From Eledone cirrhosa (taxonomy: Eukaryota), in assembly GCA_964016885.1 (NCBI GenBank), contig OZ024761.1, forward strand, positions 25,358,001 to 25,422,000: a DNA stretch of 64,000 nt, in the 5' to 3' direction. Positions within the stretch are counted from its first letter, which is position 1. Each line of letters starts with the position of its first letter. Below, in pieces: positions 43,510-57,840 of this stretch. The notes beneath the pieces were generated by a model. That model saw nothing but the letters and a program-made list of their open reading frames with translations, was not told the origin of the DNA and searched no databases. The position numbers and the translations under genes were made by a program.

Positions 43510-44187
43510 TTAAAATAATAATGATCATGGATGAGTTTTATTCACGATATTAAGTATCAGGGGCACTAGAATTATAACTAGTATTTTCCACCATATTTTA
43601 CAACGCTACATTTTAAATCTCTAGCGTAATTCTTCCATTACAGTCGGTGTTAGCCCCTTATCTATGGCCTCATGCAATCTCTTTCAATATCCTCACAGAA
43701 TCCTGAAAAGCCTGGATTCCCGGATAAAAATACCTTAACTATTCAAGATATTTTTTTCCCTCCTTCACTTTTTATATATTCCCTTCTTTCATTGAAATTA
43801 AAATTTAATTCATTGAAAATTCACATTCCGGATTTAAACCCCAGCAATTAAACAAAAAATTAATTTAAAAAAATGAAATAATTAAGAAAAAAAAGTGATG
43901 CGACAGAAAAGCCAATTAGGAAGTGGGATCCGTCTTTAAAAAGCAAAAGAGAATATAAAAAAAAAACTACCAATTTTATAGTTCATCGATCATCGGGTTG
44001 TGTTCATTACCCTAATCTCACCCGATGCCAAATAATTAAAAATAAAATAAAATTGAAGGCTTGCTGTTAGAGAGGGAAGCGAATTAAAATATTAATAGAT
44101 TATCATTCCTGTATAATTATTTCTAAATCCCTTTTCATAAAGCCATAACCATATCTCTCAGCATGTGGATACATTTTTGTTTTGATT

Positions 44188-44219
<32 letters not shown>

Positions 44220-44272
44220 GTGCACATATATATATATGTATATATATATATATGCACATTTATATATATGTA

Positions 44273-44316
<44 letters not shown>

Positions 44317-44439
44317 TATATGTATATGTATATATATATGCACATATATATATGTATATATAAATACATATATATAGATATATATATATATAGATATATA
44401 GATATATATATACATATAAATACATACATATATATATAA

Positions 44440-44528
<89 letters not shown>

Positions 44529-44887
44529 TTGTATGTATTTTTGTATGTGTATCTTGGCGTTCTGGTTTGCTAATTAAAAGCCAAGGACCATGTGATCTTT
44601 GAAATATTGATTATTAAAAAAAATATTAACAATAATAATAAAAATAATAAATCCAATCTTTCAGTACCATATGGCTGGGAATCCCTCGTTGGAAAGGGAA
44701 AAATTAAATTAGATTGCACCAACATAAATATATTTGCTGAGTCGCTTTAGGTCAACCTAGCTTCCTCCCCATACATACACATGGAATAATATCGAATTTA
44801 CCCCTTTGGGATTCGGCAAAGAGCAAGTGTTCTTATATTAATGTGCGAATGGTGGGGGGGGGGGGGGAGAAAAGAGGAAGAGAGAAC

Positions 44888-44957
<70 letters not shown>

Positions 44958-45687
44958 AAGAACGAGAGAGAGAAAGAGAGAGAACGAGAGAGAGAACGAG
45001 AGAGAGAATGAGAGAGAGAATGAGAGAGGGAATGAGAACGAGAGCGTATCAGTGAGAAAAAGGACTGGGTATTTTTTTCCTTTGTACCTTTCTCTCCATC
45101 TCTAAGAAGAATAAGAAAAAAGGAAAAAGAAGAAAAAGAAGAAAAAGAAGAAAAGAAAAAGAAGAAAACGAAGAAAAAGAAAAGGAAAAAAGAAAAAAGA
45201 AAAAGTGGATCAGGAAAAAAACAGAAGAAAAAAGAAGAAAAGGGAAAAAAAGAAAAAAAGAAAAAAAGAAGAAAAAAAAAGACTACAATGACTCTACGCC
45301 CAGCTCTAGTCTGATACTATTTTAATCGGCCTGGAATGGGGCGAAAGGCAAAGCTGACCTCGGTAGGATTTCAACGCAGAGCGCAGAGTGACGGAATTAA
45401 TAACATAAAACCTTTCATGATTAACATTCTAATTAAGGATCTGTTGGTGGAGGAAGAAATGAAATAAAATATTAATAGATTTCGGCTCAATTATTTAAAC
45501 ATCCTTTTTCATAAAGTCGTAACTATATCGCTGAGCATGTGAATAGTTTGTTTTTGTTTTACATTTTGAATTTATTTTAATATTAATTATTTTTTTTTTT
45601 TTTTTTTCATGTAGTGTTGCTGCTGCTTGCTGTGTTCTTTTAAAAAATCCTAATATGGTGAAATGAACAAAATAAAAATAATATTAA

Positions 45688-45810
45688 TAATTGTTTCTAC
45701 TTGTTGGCACAAGGCCAGCAATTATCCAGTGCATTACTGGTACTTTATTTTTCGATCCCGTAAGGATGAAAGGCAAAGTTAACCTGGCGTGATTTGAACT
45801 CAGAACGAAG
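45688..45810 (-). mobile_element. SINE A 3' part
   Basis: Tail and body match. Confidence 0.8.
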
Positions 45811-46354
45811 AGCTATGTACAACGTTGCCTTTTAATCCTTTCAAGGTCGTTAAAAAATATTCCAGTCTAGTCAGTACTATTCTTGCTGTATATCTCTCTA
45901 TCCCTTCGTCTTCCTTATTCTCTACCTTCACTGGAAGAAATCTGCGGTACTCAGGTCTGGACAGGGATGTGCTCCGTCAGGCTGAAGATGCCCAAGAGAC
46001 GCTGTATATCACTACGGCACTCCTCCGATTCATCCAGGAGTTACGGGACCATGCCATACTACAACATACCACGTGTCAGACAATATGGTGTCACGGTTGT
46101 TACACACATACCAACGAATCCAACTATGACATTGAACCAATTATTTGATGAACAATGTTGATCTGTTCTTGTAAAAATGTCAATATGACGCAGCCAACAT
46201 GAACAACCATACCAAAAGAGTAGCATAAGACTGAGAGAGAAAATACAAAATATAGATAGCGTCAGCGTCCAGTGTCATGATCGTATTGTAAATCTATAGC
46301 CACAAGAACAACAATTTAAATCAACGAACGCGAAAGCGCAAGATTAGAGCCTCA

Positions 46355-46612
46355 GAGAACATGCTTTGCAGCTTAGAGTTATGGCCCTTGACGTTCTGAT
46401 TTCAAATACCGTCGTGTTTAATTTTGCATTCCATCTTCTTAGGGCCGATATAAAAAGCACCAGCATTGCACCAGGTGTGTTGGCCTTGTGCCTAAATCAG
46501 TTCAAATGCCGCCGAGGTTAACTTTGCCTTTTATACTTACGGGGTCGATAACATGAAGTACCAGTAATGCACTGGATAATTGCTGGCCTTGCGCCAAAAG
46601 TAGAAACAATTT
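46355..46612 (+). mobile_element. Two stacked SINE A fragments
   Basis: Two consecutive B-box/body/tail segments. Confidence 0.75.
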
Positions 46613-47805
46613 TTTGTCGAACAATTTAGATATTTCTCCACCGAGAAAACCATGATGGCGATCCGAAAATTAACAGTAAAGGATTATATCGGCACATAGA
46701 ACAAATATGACGTCATCTAACCAGTGATATCATCATCACCACACATATAACAATAGCAACCACAAAAATAAAATATCAACGAGGCTACAATCATTATCTA
46801 ACAAAGAAATGAATCTATTCTCAATAAAAGCGGAAAATAAGACAAATAAAATTAAAAAAACAGCTGAGAAAAAAACGAAGAAAAATAACCCGAAATGACG
46901 TTTTCAACAATATTGATAACAAAGAATTAGCATAGAATCCTAAAGTTTAAAGATAAAAAAATAGCGACATCATTATAATGATATATATAACAGCAAAAAT
47001 AACCACAACAGAATCACCGTCAACTACAAGTACAGAATTATTTGACAAACGAATTGGACATGTTCTTGCGGAAGGAAATACACAGGGGAAAATTAAGTTA
47101 AAGGAATTTGTTGAAAATAATTGTATCATATCATCAACAATTTTCTCTCTTATTACTCAACATCTTACTGATACGAAAATATATTTTGTTTTTCTTTATT
47201 CTTGTTCTTCCGGTAGGTTTTTCACTCTGAAATATTTGAACAACAACAAAAATGCGTCCCTTAGAGGGAATCTAACTCTTTTCTACGCGGAGAATATTGT
47301 ATTAATTTGGAATATTCATGAAGAATATTTGAAACCCACGCAAGACAAAGAACGGTTTGGAATAGATGTCAAAATTGACAGTTGACACGTTTCATATAAA
47401 AGATGTGTTTCTCAATTGAACAGGAAATGCAACAACTATATATAATACGCCATGACAGAGAAAGCAGTTTATATATATATATTTCACACCCATGAGGCCT
47501 ACGGTAGAGCTTAAACCTTTTCCACTGTAGAACAAAACAACTATCTATAATCTACACCACACAATAATCACCCTGACGAGAGAGACACCTGTATGTAAGT
47601 AGAAAAGGTTATGGCACACAAATATAACTTATCTTTCAACATTTACTTTCTGGGTTCAAATCCTGCCAAGGATAGCTTTGCTTTCATCCCGACGGGAACG
47701 ATAAAATAAGGTACCAGTAATATACTGGGGTCGACCTAATCGAATGTTCCCTCTCTCCAAATAGATGGCTTTGTGCCTATAATAGACATAATTATAGCAT
47801 GTATA

Positions 47806-47998
47806 GGGCGGTGGATTGGCAGTATCGGTAGAGGGTCAGACGCCATGCTTTGCAGCAAAGAGTTACGGCCCTTTTATGGTCTGAGTTCAAATCCACCCGA
47901 GGTTAACTTTGCCTTTCATCCTTACGGGGTCGATAAAATAAAGTACCAGTAATACACTGGAATAATTGCTGGCCTTGTGCCAAAAGTAGAAATAATTA
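47806..47998 (+). mobile_element. SINE A inserted at the tail of a SINE B (~47640-47795)
   Basis: Full head to tail; ataattatagcatgtata on both sides. Confidence 0.9.
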
Positions 47999-48040
47999 TA
48001 GCATGTATATATATAAACTTATATTAGACTGCAACACTTC

Positions 48041-48300
48041 CGCTTCTTCTTCTTCACCCAGTTACTTCTGTGAAGTTCGTGGTTGGTGGTGTCAGAATCC
48101 TCAAACAGACCTTCCAGCGGATCCTCTCAAAAGCAACAGTTTCAGACGAATCCGGCTGGATCCCAAGCGAAACCAGCCATGGTCATAGATATTATCGAAC
48201 CATCTTGTTCAAGGTCTACCCTTAGGTATTCTGTTGGCTGGTTTATTCCAATGAAAACCTGTGAGGTGGTGCTTTTCTGAGATTATTATATCCTTCCACA
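48041..48300 (-). mobile_element. Decayed RTE-clade LINE 3' end
   Basis: Minus translation PKGRP*TRWFDNIYDHGWFRLG; (GAA)n tail. Confidence 0.7.
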
Positions 48301-49000
48301 CCAATAATAGTCAAGTGCTGGCCGGCTGGTCTATCCGTGCGTAATTTATTTTGAAAATCCTCTAATTATACACAAGTAGACATATACATAACTTGCTTCC
48401 ACTCTTATGCAGAAACCGAATATTATTTATATATCTAAAACAACGACTAATATATGAGTAGACAAAAATGATAGTTATATAGATAAATCAGTACACAGAG
48501 AGAAGAAAAGAAAATAAAGTGTATAAAATAAAAAATTCTGTAAATATATAAAATACAAATACATTAAAATACATTCAAGTAGAGAAAACACCTGCTAAAA
48601 ATATAAGAAAAAATATCGTTCATTTACTTATTTATGAAGGTGATCTTTGAAAAAATGTATTTCTCTCGTCTGAAAATTAACAGAAAGTAGGGAAATGGAA
48701 GGTTATTTAAATTTAAGCGTTTAGAGATTTCTAACTACGGGAGATAATCAGTAAAGATATGTCTGTAGCCCCAAAAAGTAATTAGTCTTTATTGAGTATA
48801 TGACGTATTAAAGGATGAAATGTTTTCATTTAAATAGTAATGAAAAAAAAAAATTATATATATATATAGAGAGAGAGAGGGGGGGGGGGGGAGAGTGATA
48901 CGCGTGTGTATATATAACATATAGAATGCCACACACACACACACACACACACACATAATATAAAACGAAAAATCAGTGATGCATCTGAACTCAATTTATT

Positions 49001-49084
49001 GCGTTACAATTGTTTCGCCGGCAGATCGAGACACAATCATTGTGTGGATCTGTCTGATTCTGGATCTGCAGGTTCGTCGGACAC
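49001..49084 (-). ncRNA. Hammerhead-like motif with CCGA core and long stem II
   Basis: gtgt-CCGACGA-acctgcagatc..gatctgccggc-GAAAC-aatt-GTA-acgc; perfect palindromic stem III. Confidence 0.5.
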
Positions 49085-49549
49085 TTCTAATAATTTCTGA
49101 TCAAATTTTCTCACTGGCGTGTTAGCGTAAAAAAGGATCCTCTTCGCTCGTCCTGCTATTGGCTGTTGTTTTTCTACGTCATCATAAATCTTGATCAACA
49201 GGTAGTGTCACACTGTCCATTAGCTGTCCTTCTTCCTGCCACATTTCAATGAATCCCTACTGGGTTTGGTAGTTCACATCGTTTAACGTATATATACATA
49301 TGTATATACGTCTGTATACATATATGTATGTACGTATACACACATACTTACATATATATATATATATATATTAATAAAAAAGTTTCGTTTGCATGTAAGT
49401 ATTTTTTTAAATTGTATATTGACCTTTACGCATATATATATATATAGGTATCTATGCATATATATATGAATATATATCACCTATCTACAAAAATATGGGA
49501 TGATGGGATAGGAAAAACGAATTAATATGACAAGCAGCTCGCCAACTTT

Positions 49550-49858
49550 AGAAAACAAAAATGGCGGACAAGACTGAATAATTATTCGTTTCAAAATGGC
49601 GTAGAAATCCGTGCCACACGGTCGACCTTTAACAGGCGAGATTACTCCTCTTGCAACGGAGTCAGATGACATTATGATTGATAAAAAGTCACTGAACTTT
49701 GCCGAGTTGCTCTTCCATTATAACAGTTTACAAAATGTAGCGCAGGCGCAGAGGGGTAGCAGGTCATTACTACGTAAAGCCATTACAATATTTTCGTTTC
49801 CTCTGTTTTCTTTTCATTTATGTTTAACTTTCTTCCGGGTGAAAATGGAAGAGTGAGT
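49550..49858. promoter_or_regulatory. Candidate promoter with micro first exon
   Basis: YY1-like AAAATGGCG near 49557 and 49593, NRF1-like GCGCAGGCGCA at 49740, ETS-like CTTCCGG at 49832, then AAAATGGAAGA|GTGAGT (ATG 49845, donor 49853). Confidence 0.4.
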
Positions 49859-49954
49859 GACAGTTTGGATAGAAGAGGAGATGTGGAGAAGGTTGTGAAT
49901 ATATATAAACGAAAGAAACGTGTTGGATTGTTTGATTGAAATATAATGCTTAAT

Positions 49955-50624
49955 AACTATACACACATATGTATGTATGTATGTATATATATATATATAC
50001 ATATATACATATATATATATACATATACATATATACATATACATATATACATATATATATATACATATATATATATACATATATATATATACATATATAT
50101 ATATACATATATATATATACATATATATATATACATATATATATATACATATATACATATATATATATACATATATATATATACATATATATATATACAT
50201 ATATATACATATATATACATATATATATATACATATATATATACATATATATATATACATATATATATACATATATATATACATATATATATATACATAT
50301 ATATATACATATATATATACATATATATATACATATATATATACATATATATATACATATATATATACATATATATATATACATATATATATACATATAT
50401 ATATACATATATATATACATATATATATACATATATATATACATATATATATACATATACATATATATATACATATATATATACATATATATATATACAT
50501 ATATATATACATATATATATACACATATATATATACACATATATATACACATATATATATACACATATATATATACATATATACATATATATATACATAT
50601 ATACATATATATATACATATATAC

Positions 50625-50677
<53 letters not shown>

Positions 50678-50702
50678 CATATATATATACATATATATAT
50701 AC
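49955..50702. repeat. (TA)n/(TACATA)n microsatellite
   Basis: Direct inspection. Confidence 0.95.
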
Positions 50703-51730
50703 ATCTATATTAATGACATCACTGACATCATCAAACACAGCAACATTAAAATTTTCGCTGATGATTCCAAGCTCCAAAAGGTCATCAATGGCGTGGATGA
50801 CCGGATAAGCCTTCAGTCAGACCTACTGGCTGTTACCCAATGGGCAGAAAAGAACAACATGTTACTGAACGAAGACAAATTCGAACTGATCCACTTTGGA
50901 AAAGAGGATGCTCTGAAACTCCCGTACTCCCTTCCCTCCGGGGAAACTCTCGTGGCATCTAACAACATCAGAGACTTGGGAGTAACCGTGGACAGCAACA
51001 TAAGCTGGACCACGCATATAAGCAGCAAAGTTGACATGGCCCGCAGAATGTGTTCCTGGATCCTCAGAACCTTCCAGTCGAGAGATTCCCGCACCATTAT
51101 CCTTCTCTTCTCTACTTTCGCCCGACCACACCTTGAATACTGTTGTCCACTGTGGTCTCCCCACACGAAACAAAGTATCATGAAACTTGAAGCTCCTCAA
51201 AGGGCAATCACGAAAAAGATAGATGGCATGTCAGACCTTGACTACTGGGGTCGATTGGAAAACCTGAAACTTTACTCACTCCAACGTCGCCGTGAGCGTT
51301 ATATTATCTGCATGATGTGGAAATTGTTCCATCATCACTGCCCAAATAATGTTGGCATCGCCTTCAAGATACACCCAAGGCTTGGGCCCCGTGCTATCCG
51401 TCCCATTCAAAAATCTAAATTGCAACTCATAACAACAATACGGCACAATTATTTCACCTCTATCGGCCCTGCTCTCTTCAACACCACACCAGGACACGTC
51501 AAAACAGAAACTGACCACACAAAATTCAAGAAGTCTTTGGACAAGTTCCTCCAAGTAATCCCGGACAAACCACCCACACCCGGATATGTCTCCGCAAACA
51601 GTAATTCTCTTCTCGAATGGGCCATGGTGCCCAAATCCTGAATTGAAAGACTTCGCCAGGTGGTGCTATTAAGTTAGACATGGCCTGGGCGAATACTGGC
51701 CAAAACATTTCAAGGTTATTCAAAGTTATA
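50703..51730 (+). mobile_element. 5'-truncated CR1-clade LINE (RT C-terminal half plus 3' UTR)
   Basis: Open frame to the stop at 51641 with YINDI, FADD, LQSDL, DLGV, RPHLEYC..WSP and [10 protein letters not shown]; tail ttcaaggttattcaaagtta. Confidence 0.93.
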
Positions 51731-51741
51731 TACACATATAC

Positions 51742-51810
<69 letters not shown>

Positions 51811-51823
51811 CATATATATATAC

Positions 51824-51858
<35 letters not shown>

Positions 51859-51901
51859 CATACATATATATATATACATATATATATACATATACATATA
51901 C

Positions 51902-51933
<32 letters not shown>

Positions 51934-52275
51934 ATATATACATATATATATACATATATATATATACATATATATATATACATATATATATACATATATA
52001 CATATATATATACATATATACATATATATATACATATATACATATATACATATATATACATATATATATACATATATATATACATATATACATATATATA
52101 TATATATACATATATATATACATATATATATACATATATATATATATACATATATATATACATATATATATACATATATATATATACATATACATATATA
52201 TATATACATATACATATACATATATATATACATATACATATACATATATATATATACATATACATATATATATAC

Positions 52276-52325
<50 letters not shown>

Positions 52326-52409
52326 ATATATACATATATATATACATATACATATATATATATATACATATATATATACATATACATATATATATACATA
52401 TATATACAC

Positions 52410-52441
<32 letters not shown>

Positions 52442-52531
52442 ATATATACATATATATATACATATACATATATATATACATATATATACATATACATATA
52501 TATACATATATATACATATACATATATATAC

Positions 52532-52563
<32 letters not shown>

Positions 52564-52591
52564 ACATATATATACATATACATATATATAC

Positions 52592-52623
<32 letters not shown>

Positions 52624-52955
52624 ATATATACATATATATACATATATATATATATACATATATATATACATATACATATATATACATATACATATATACA
52701 TATACATATACATATATATACATATACATATACATATATACATATACATATACATATATATATACATATATATACATATATATATACATATATATATACA
52801 TATATACATATATATATACATATATATATACATATATATATACATATATATATACATATATATATACATATATATATACATATATATATACATATATATA
52901 CATATATATATACATATACATATATATATACATATATATATACATATATATATAC

Positions 52956-53003
<48 letters not shown>

Positions 53004-53007
53004 ATAC

Positions 53008-53042
<35 letters not shown>

Positions 53043-53378
53043 CATATATATACATATATATATACATATATATATACATATACATATATATATATATATA
53101 CATATATATATACATACATATTTATATATATATATGTTTGTATATATATGTATAAATATATATATATATATATACAATGTGTTTGTACTATATATGTACA
53201 TACATGTGCACATATATATATACACATAGACACACACATATATTTACCCACATATATATATATGTGTACACATATATAGACACATATGTACATACATATA
53301 CATAGACATTCACATATATATATATATATATGTACAAATATAAGCATGTGTACATATATACACAGATGTACATATGTT

Positions 53379-53440
<62 letters not shown>
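51731..53440. repeat. (TA)n/(TACA)n microsatellite
   Basis: Direct inspection. Confidence 0.95.
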
Positions 53441-54299
53441 TACAAATACCATTGTCGTAGTTCAGGGAAATGTTGATGATATTATTATTATTAATATTAT
53501 TTTTTCTCTATGATCGTCAGCACAACCTATAACCTTTCTTCTAATAACAACAATACTATTACTAAGAGTAAGTCGTGAGTTTATCTCACTTGATATATTT
53601 CCGGTATACATATATTCTTTTTGTTCATTATTACTTTTATCACGAGCAGGACGCCATGTTTTGACGTATAGAGTTACGGCCCTTGTCATTGTGAGTTCAA
53701 AACCCGCCTAGGTTAACTTTGCCTTTCTTCCTTACGCGGTCGATAAAATAAAGTCCTGAATATCTGAAGGTGCAGGTAGTGGCTTCATATTCATTTCAAC
53801 AAACTTTCCAGTTAACTAACATCAATAATAATAATAATTGTTTCTACTTTTGGCACAAGGCCAGCAATTAATAATAATATGTTTTAGTTGTGTGATTTAG
53901 GAGGAAATATATGAGTACACATATTTTCCTGCCGTGACAAGCTCTCATCAACCTTTTAAACTAACAACTTGACGAATGAAAAATGGTGATGCTGGTTAGG
54001 GAAAAACGAGCGAAATACTTCCCATTAAATCTCATGAGATATGTTAGAAAATAACGATATTGACGTAGTTAAATGGCTTCTTTCTAAACATGCGCCTGTA
54101 AGATTGCTTGCAAGGACTGTACAAAATTGCTTACAATTGTATTCGTGGGTGAACCTAAGGTCCCATAAGTTAGTTGAAAATAAATCACAGTATATGGTGG
54201 TTCTAAATTCTGAAATTCCTTTTTTTTTCTTTTACGATTGTTCGCTATTCGTCTTCTTATTATTCTTCTTTTTAATGGCTCTAGATTGGCATTATCATT

Positions 54300-54458
54300 A
54301 GGGTAGCTGACAACATGCTTTGCGGTACATAGTTATGTAAGGAGTTCAAATTCCACCGAGGTTAGCGTTGCCTTTCTTCCTAACGGAGTCGGTTACATTA
54401 AGCACCAGTAATGCACTGGGTAATTGCTGGCCTTGTGCCTGAAGTAGAAACAATTATT
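54300..54458 (+). mobile_element. Decayed SINE A (further fragments at 53645-53755 and 53835-53870)
   Basis: B box, body and tail present. Confidence 0.7.
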
Positions 54459-54942
54459 ATTGAGTTATTCCGTTTATATGTTTCACTATTACCGAGTTCT
54501 GGCCTTGAACCTAAGGCAATAGAGGTTTTCATTCTAGTGAGAGAACTAGTCTGTGAACGTGTGCTGTCAGATAAAGTTGGGGGTAGGTAATAAAAGGGAA
54601 ATGGTGGAGGTTGTTGGTGGGGGGTTTCCTCTCTACGAACATATTGAATACCTCACTTTGGGGTTCCAATCAATTAATTTCTCGTCAATACACACCCTTC
54701 ACAGGTACAATGTGTCCGAACACGGAAGAGCCGAACTCCCACCGTCTCTCTCGCCCTCCACATCTATCTCTATAGTGAGCAAATGGGGTCCCCCGTACTG
54801 GCCGTCCCACAGCCCCGGCGGACAGAATGGAGAAGGCGTTTTCTCGGAGGATGGTGTTATTTTTGTGCGCTGTTATTTTTCTCATTAGCGACATTCCATT
54901 CCCACAAAAAATACTTACATAATGCCTATATTAGAAATCATT

Positions 54943-55240
54943 GCGTGAATGGGTCTACTTTAAGCATGTGCCTGTAGGGTGATTCAATTGAGAAGGAGAG
55001 GGATGCCCTTCACAGGTGCCCTCGGAGCGTCGGGGTTTCAGGATTGGAGGGATATCTGATGCAACCCCACTATTGGGGAATTTATTTTGTTATACTTCTA
55101 TATATATTTTATTTTAAAATTCTTTCATTGTCAAATTAGTTTTGTCATTGTGTATTTTCACTCAATTTTATCGTGAACCCCAACACCCTACAATGTCTCA
55201 GTCTTTATATGTCGGTCCTTGTGGCCAATAAATGAAATCT
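54943..55240 (+). mobile_element. L1/Tx1-type LINE last codons and 3' UTR
   Basis: VNGSTLSMCL* parallels VIGPSLFISL* at 42892-42924; ends ccttgtggccaataaatgaaatc. Confidence 0.55.
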
Positions 55241-55759
55241 TTGTTATTATTATCTATTGCTATTTATTGTTTTGACAGTTTTATTGATATTACTTAATTC
55301 ATTTCATCCAAAGAACCATTTATGTATTTCTCTAGTGTACCATTTCACCCCAAGCCCCTATCACTTGTGTCTCCTGCAGCAAACAAATACATTATACTAA
55401 TATTACCATTATTATTAGTAGTATGTTCTTATTATTTAGCAGTAATATTAGTAGTTTTAGTTTTGGTGTTGGTTGTATTTGTAATAATAGTAGTAGTATT
55501 GGTGCTGGTTGTAGTAATAGTGACGTTGTTTTTTCCTCCTCCTATTAGTAGTAGTAATAGTAGTAGTTGCATCATTATTGATGGTAATAAACAATGCGAG
55601 GAAGGCCAATTAAGAGAAATAACAGAAAAGCCAGCAAGAGAAAATAAATATAAATAGACAATTTGTAAGATTTTCACAATGTGAAAAATAAGAATTGTTT
55701 AGAAAATGAGTAGAGAATGTAATCATCTTATTGAGTATTAAAGACTACTATATATATAT

Positions 55760-56362
55760 AATAGCTGTATCGGAAGCCTCAACAATGTAGATGGATAAAT
55801 CTCCAGTAAAGAAAATCAGGTGGTAATGAGAGAAGGAGAGGTTGGAGGAAGTGTAAAAAGTGACGTAACGAGCGTTAAAGAACGTAGGAAAAGTATAACA
55901 AATGCTGACACGAGATAGTGTTACGATGGAAGCGATTTATTAGTCCCTTTATTTCGGATTTGTCATTCATCAACTGGGTTTTTTCCGAGCGGAAAGAGCT
56001 TTTGTCGGAGAACAGCAACACGTGGCCTACGTTGGTTACCGTGTGCGTACAACGTACACCACGCGTTGCCCTTCTCCGACACAACTCTTTCCTCTTGGAA
56101 AATGCCCCTGCTGGTGGATGTGAAATCCGAAATATAGGGACGATTAAATCGCTTCCAAGGTTACTCTATCTTGTGTCAGTATTTTTTACACATTTCCTAC
56201 GTACTTTACGTTCTCGATGTCTCTTTCTACGCTTCCTCTCACATCACATCACATCACATCACATCACATCACTCACTCACTCACTCCCTCTCTCAGTACC
56301 ACCTGATTTTGTTACCAGGAGTAATACCCATTTCCATTGTTGAAGCTTCCAATACGACTATT
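55760..56362. repeat. Long imperfect fold-back
   Basis: 55760-56032 aligns to the reverse complement of 56050-56362; short loop; (CACAT)n insertion in the right arm. Confidence 0.9.
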
Positions 56363-56425
56363 TTTAATATTCCACAATGATTCAATATGTATATATATAT
56401 ATTATGTATATATATATATATTGTG

Positions 56426-56456
<31 letters not shown>

Positions 56457-57276
56457 AACAATAATAATAAAAATAAACCCTATCATACAGCCCACCATAT
56501 TATTCTTCCTTCTTTTACTGTATATATATATCTATATATATATATCCATAGAAATATATCCATATATATATATCCATAGAAATATATATATATATATATA
56601 TATACATATATATGGATATGAATATTTTGATAAAATTGCTTAAAATAATGTAAAGTCCCTTAAAACAACAACAAAAAAGAAGTTGCTATACGTTTCTCTT
56701 GTTAATAAAACACCCATTTCTTCGCCTGATAATATACTTATTACGATGAGAGTTTTGGTTATTATAGGAAAACGAAATAAATTTTTTAGAGATTTTTGAA
56801 GCACCACGTTTTGAAATTATATGAACGTTGTGCATAGAATATGTTTTTTCTTTCATTTATTCATATCTCGGGGTTCGTATTAGATATAAAATATATTATC
56901 TGCACAAACTTGATATGAAGATAGCTGTGTATTCAGAGAATTCCTAAAGAAAATGTGGGTAGTTGTAATAGTTCGGTAGAATTCTTCGCATATGCAAAGG
57001 CATTTATTGTAGATAACTAAATATCTACTGAAATAATTAATTTTCATACAGTGGCACCAAGGCGGCCGGGGTCTTGGCCCCTACTTGCTCATAGTGGGAG
57101 TTTGGGAGAGGGGGTGTGAAACATAGTGGGAGTTTGGTTGTTTCGATATATATATATATATATTATATATATGAAATACGTTCCTTCACGCACAAGGCGC
57201 CAAGGTACGCATGTATTGTCCAACCAAATGCCAGTGTGGTTCAATGGCGGGTTAATAAAGTAACGAGCCAGAACAA

Positions 57277-57417
57277 ATATAAACAAGGTTTAGTAAATAA
57301 TGAAAAAGTTTCAAAATAAATTTTAAAAAAAGGTAACTATAGAAGGTAACTATAGTAGGTAAAGTCAATTTTTTAAAATTTATTTTGAAACTTTTTCAAT
57401 ATTTACTAAACCTTGTT

Positions 57418-57422
<5 letters not shown>
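57277..57422. repeat. Inverted repeat with ~55-bp arms
   Basis: atataaacaaggtttagtaaata.. and ..tatttactaaaccttgtttatat. Confidence 0.85.
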
Positions 57423-57452
<30 letters not shown>

Positions 57453-57571
57453 CCCTCTTCCTGCTATATCAAGCGTTAACCTAATATATCCCTTCCATAT
57501 ACTGCACCGATTGTGTTGTTATTTATGTTTGCCTTTTACATACACACACAAATATATATATATACATTCAC

Positions 57572-57840
57572 CAAAGGGAAAAAGGTAAAGCACCCCTAGG
57601 AATTTTACCTCCGAGACAAAAGTCCAGGCAAGCAATCGCCCATGCATACCAGTCTCCCTTCGCCACCAAGGGCCGGTGCAGCTTGGCACCAGTGATGTAT
57701 CTCATTTTTACATCTGAGTAAACTGGAGCGACGTAAAATAAAGTGTCTTTCTCGAGAACACAGAGCAAAGCCTAGTCCGCGAATCGAACTCGCATCCTCG
57801 CGACTGTAATCCCATCACCCTAATCACAATGTCATGGGCC
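57572..57840 (-). mobile_element. Second tRNA-derived SINE family
   Basis: Minus strand tRNA-like head with GAGTTCGATTC B box, body gtgttctcgagaaagacacttt..cagatgtaaaaatg, and a ttaccttttt tail. Confidence 0.7.

Noticed and set aside
45825-46161. Non-repetitive ORFs and a copia-like ERYTARIV string on the minus strand
   Set aside because: No clear splice signals or further motifs; the short resemblance may be chance.
46978-47385. 135-aa ORF
   Set aside because: No recognisable domain or exon boundaries.
49977-50702. N-terminal part of the 554-aa ORF
   Set aside because: Microsatellite read-through fused in frame to the CR1 RT fragment.
55760-56362. Hairpin arms as a duplicated coding exon
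   Set aside because: Both arms share an in-frame TAG in the best frame and other frames have stops.
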